Source: Mobula hypostoma (Eukaryota). Taken from it: a DNA stretch of 64,000 bases. Below are positions 63,554 to 64,000 of the stretch, one piece after another. Each line of letters starts with the position of its first letter. The first letter of the stretch is position 1. The notes beneath the pieces were generated by a model, which was not told the origin of the DNA, did no database searches, and worked only from the letters and a program-made list of their open reading frames with translations. The stretch lies in the NCBI RefSeq assembly GCF_963921235.1, contig NW_026948187.1:6696001-6760000 (forward strand), in the 5' to 3' direction. The position numbers were made by a program, and so were the translations under genes.

Positions 63554-63592
63554 CACAGCCACACGAACAGATGGTGAAACCGAACATAAACC
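63554..63592 (+). other. 23-RSS of V15
   Basis: CACAGCC, 23-nt spacer, ACATAAACC. Confidence 0.92.
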
Positions 63593-64000
63593 TGCAATGC
63601 AAACACAGCGGCGCGACCGTCAGTAAGAGGGCAGGGTCGCTCCGCACTGAGGGGCGTGTGGAACGCGGCTGTCACTCAAACGGAGCGGCGGGTCTCTAGC
63701 ATGAAGACAGCCTGTGCCTGACAAACAAAGGGGCGGTGTTGGGGATTTCTCCCGTGTGAAATGTCGCAGAGAGGAAACGTTGTCTTTTGCCGTAGCCAAA
63801 TCATCTCGGGCTTCGGCTGTAATAACGTAGTCCGGGAGGATTGACCGGGCCTCTTCCCGCAGACGCCGCCCCACCTGCGGAGCTTTTATGCCATTTTCTG
63901 GTACGGTTGCGGAGGAATCGAAGAGTTTAAGAGAGATGCTGGGCTCTGTGGAGATGATCTAAATGGGCAGAGTATGCACGTAGTCAGCCGGGATCTTGGG

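Overview
Vertebrate genomic DNA, most likely from a cartilaginous fish (ray-like CR1, Rex1/Babar, Penelope, Tc1 and SINE repeat content; taxon is inferred). The window lies inside the V region of a T-cell receptor beta (TRB) locus. I count 15 V gene segments plus one extra leader exon whose V exon lies off the left edge. The V genes have the leader exon / intron / V exon layout, and most end in a recombination signal sequence (RSS) with a 23-bp spacer. Nine V genes are on the minus strand and six on the plus strand. Six look functional (V1, V4, V6, V7, V9, V11). Two have an open frame but a defective RSS (V2, V12). Seven are pseudogenes. Fourteen of the 15 belong to one expanded clan ending in CAWS (V3 is truncated before that motif) that resembles mammalian TRBV30/Trbv31. 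No D, J or C segments were found. The V genes sit in repeated cassettes with conserved promoter modules and co-oriented CTCF-like motifs. There are three N-gaps (9592-9741, 32882-33049, 49809-49983). Motif and family assignments were made by eye and need computational confirmation.
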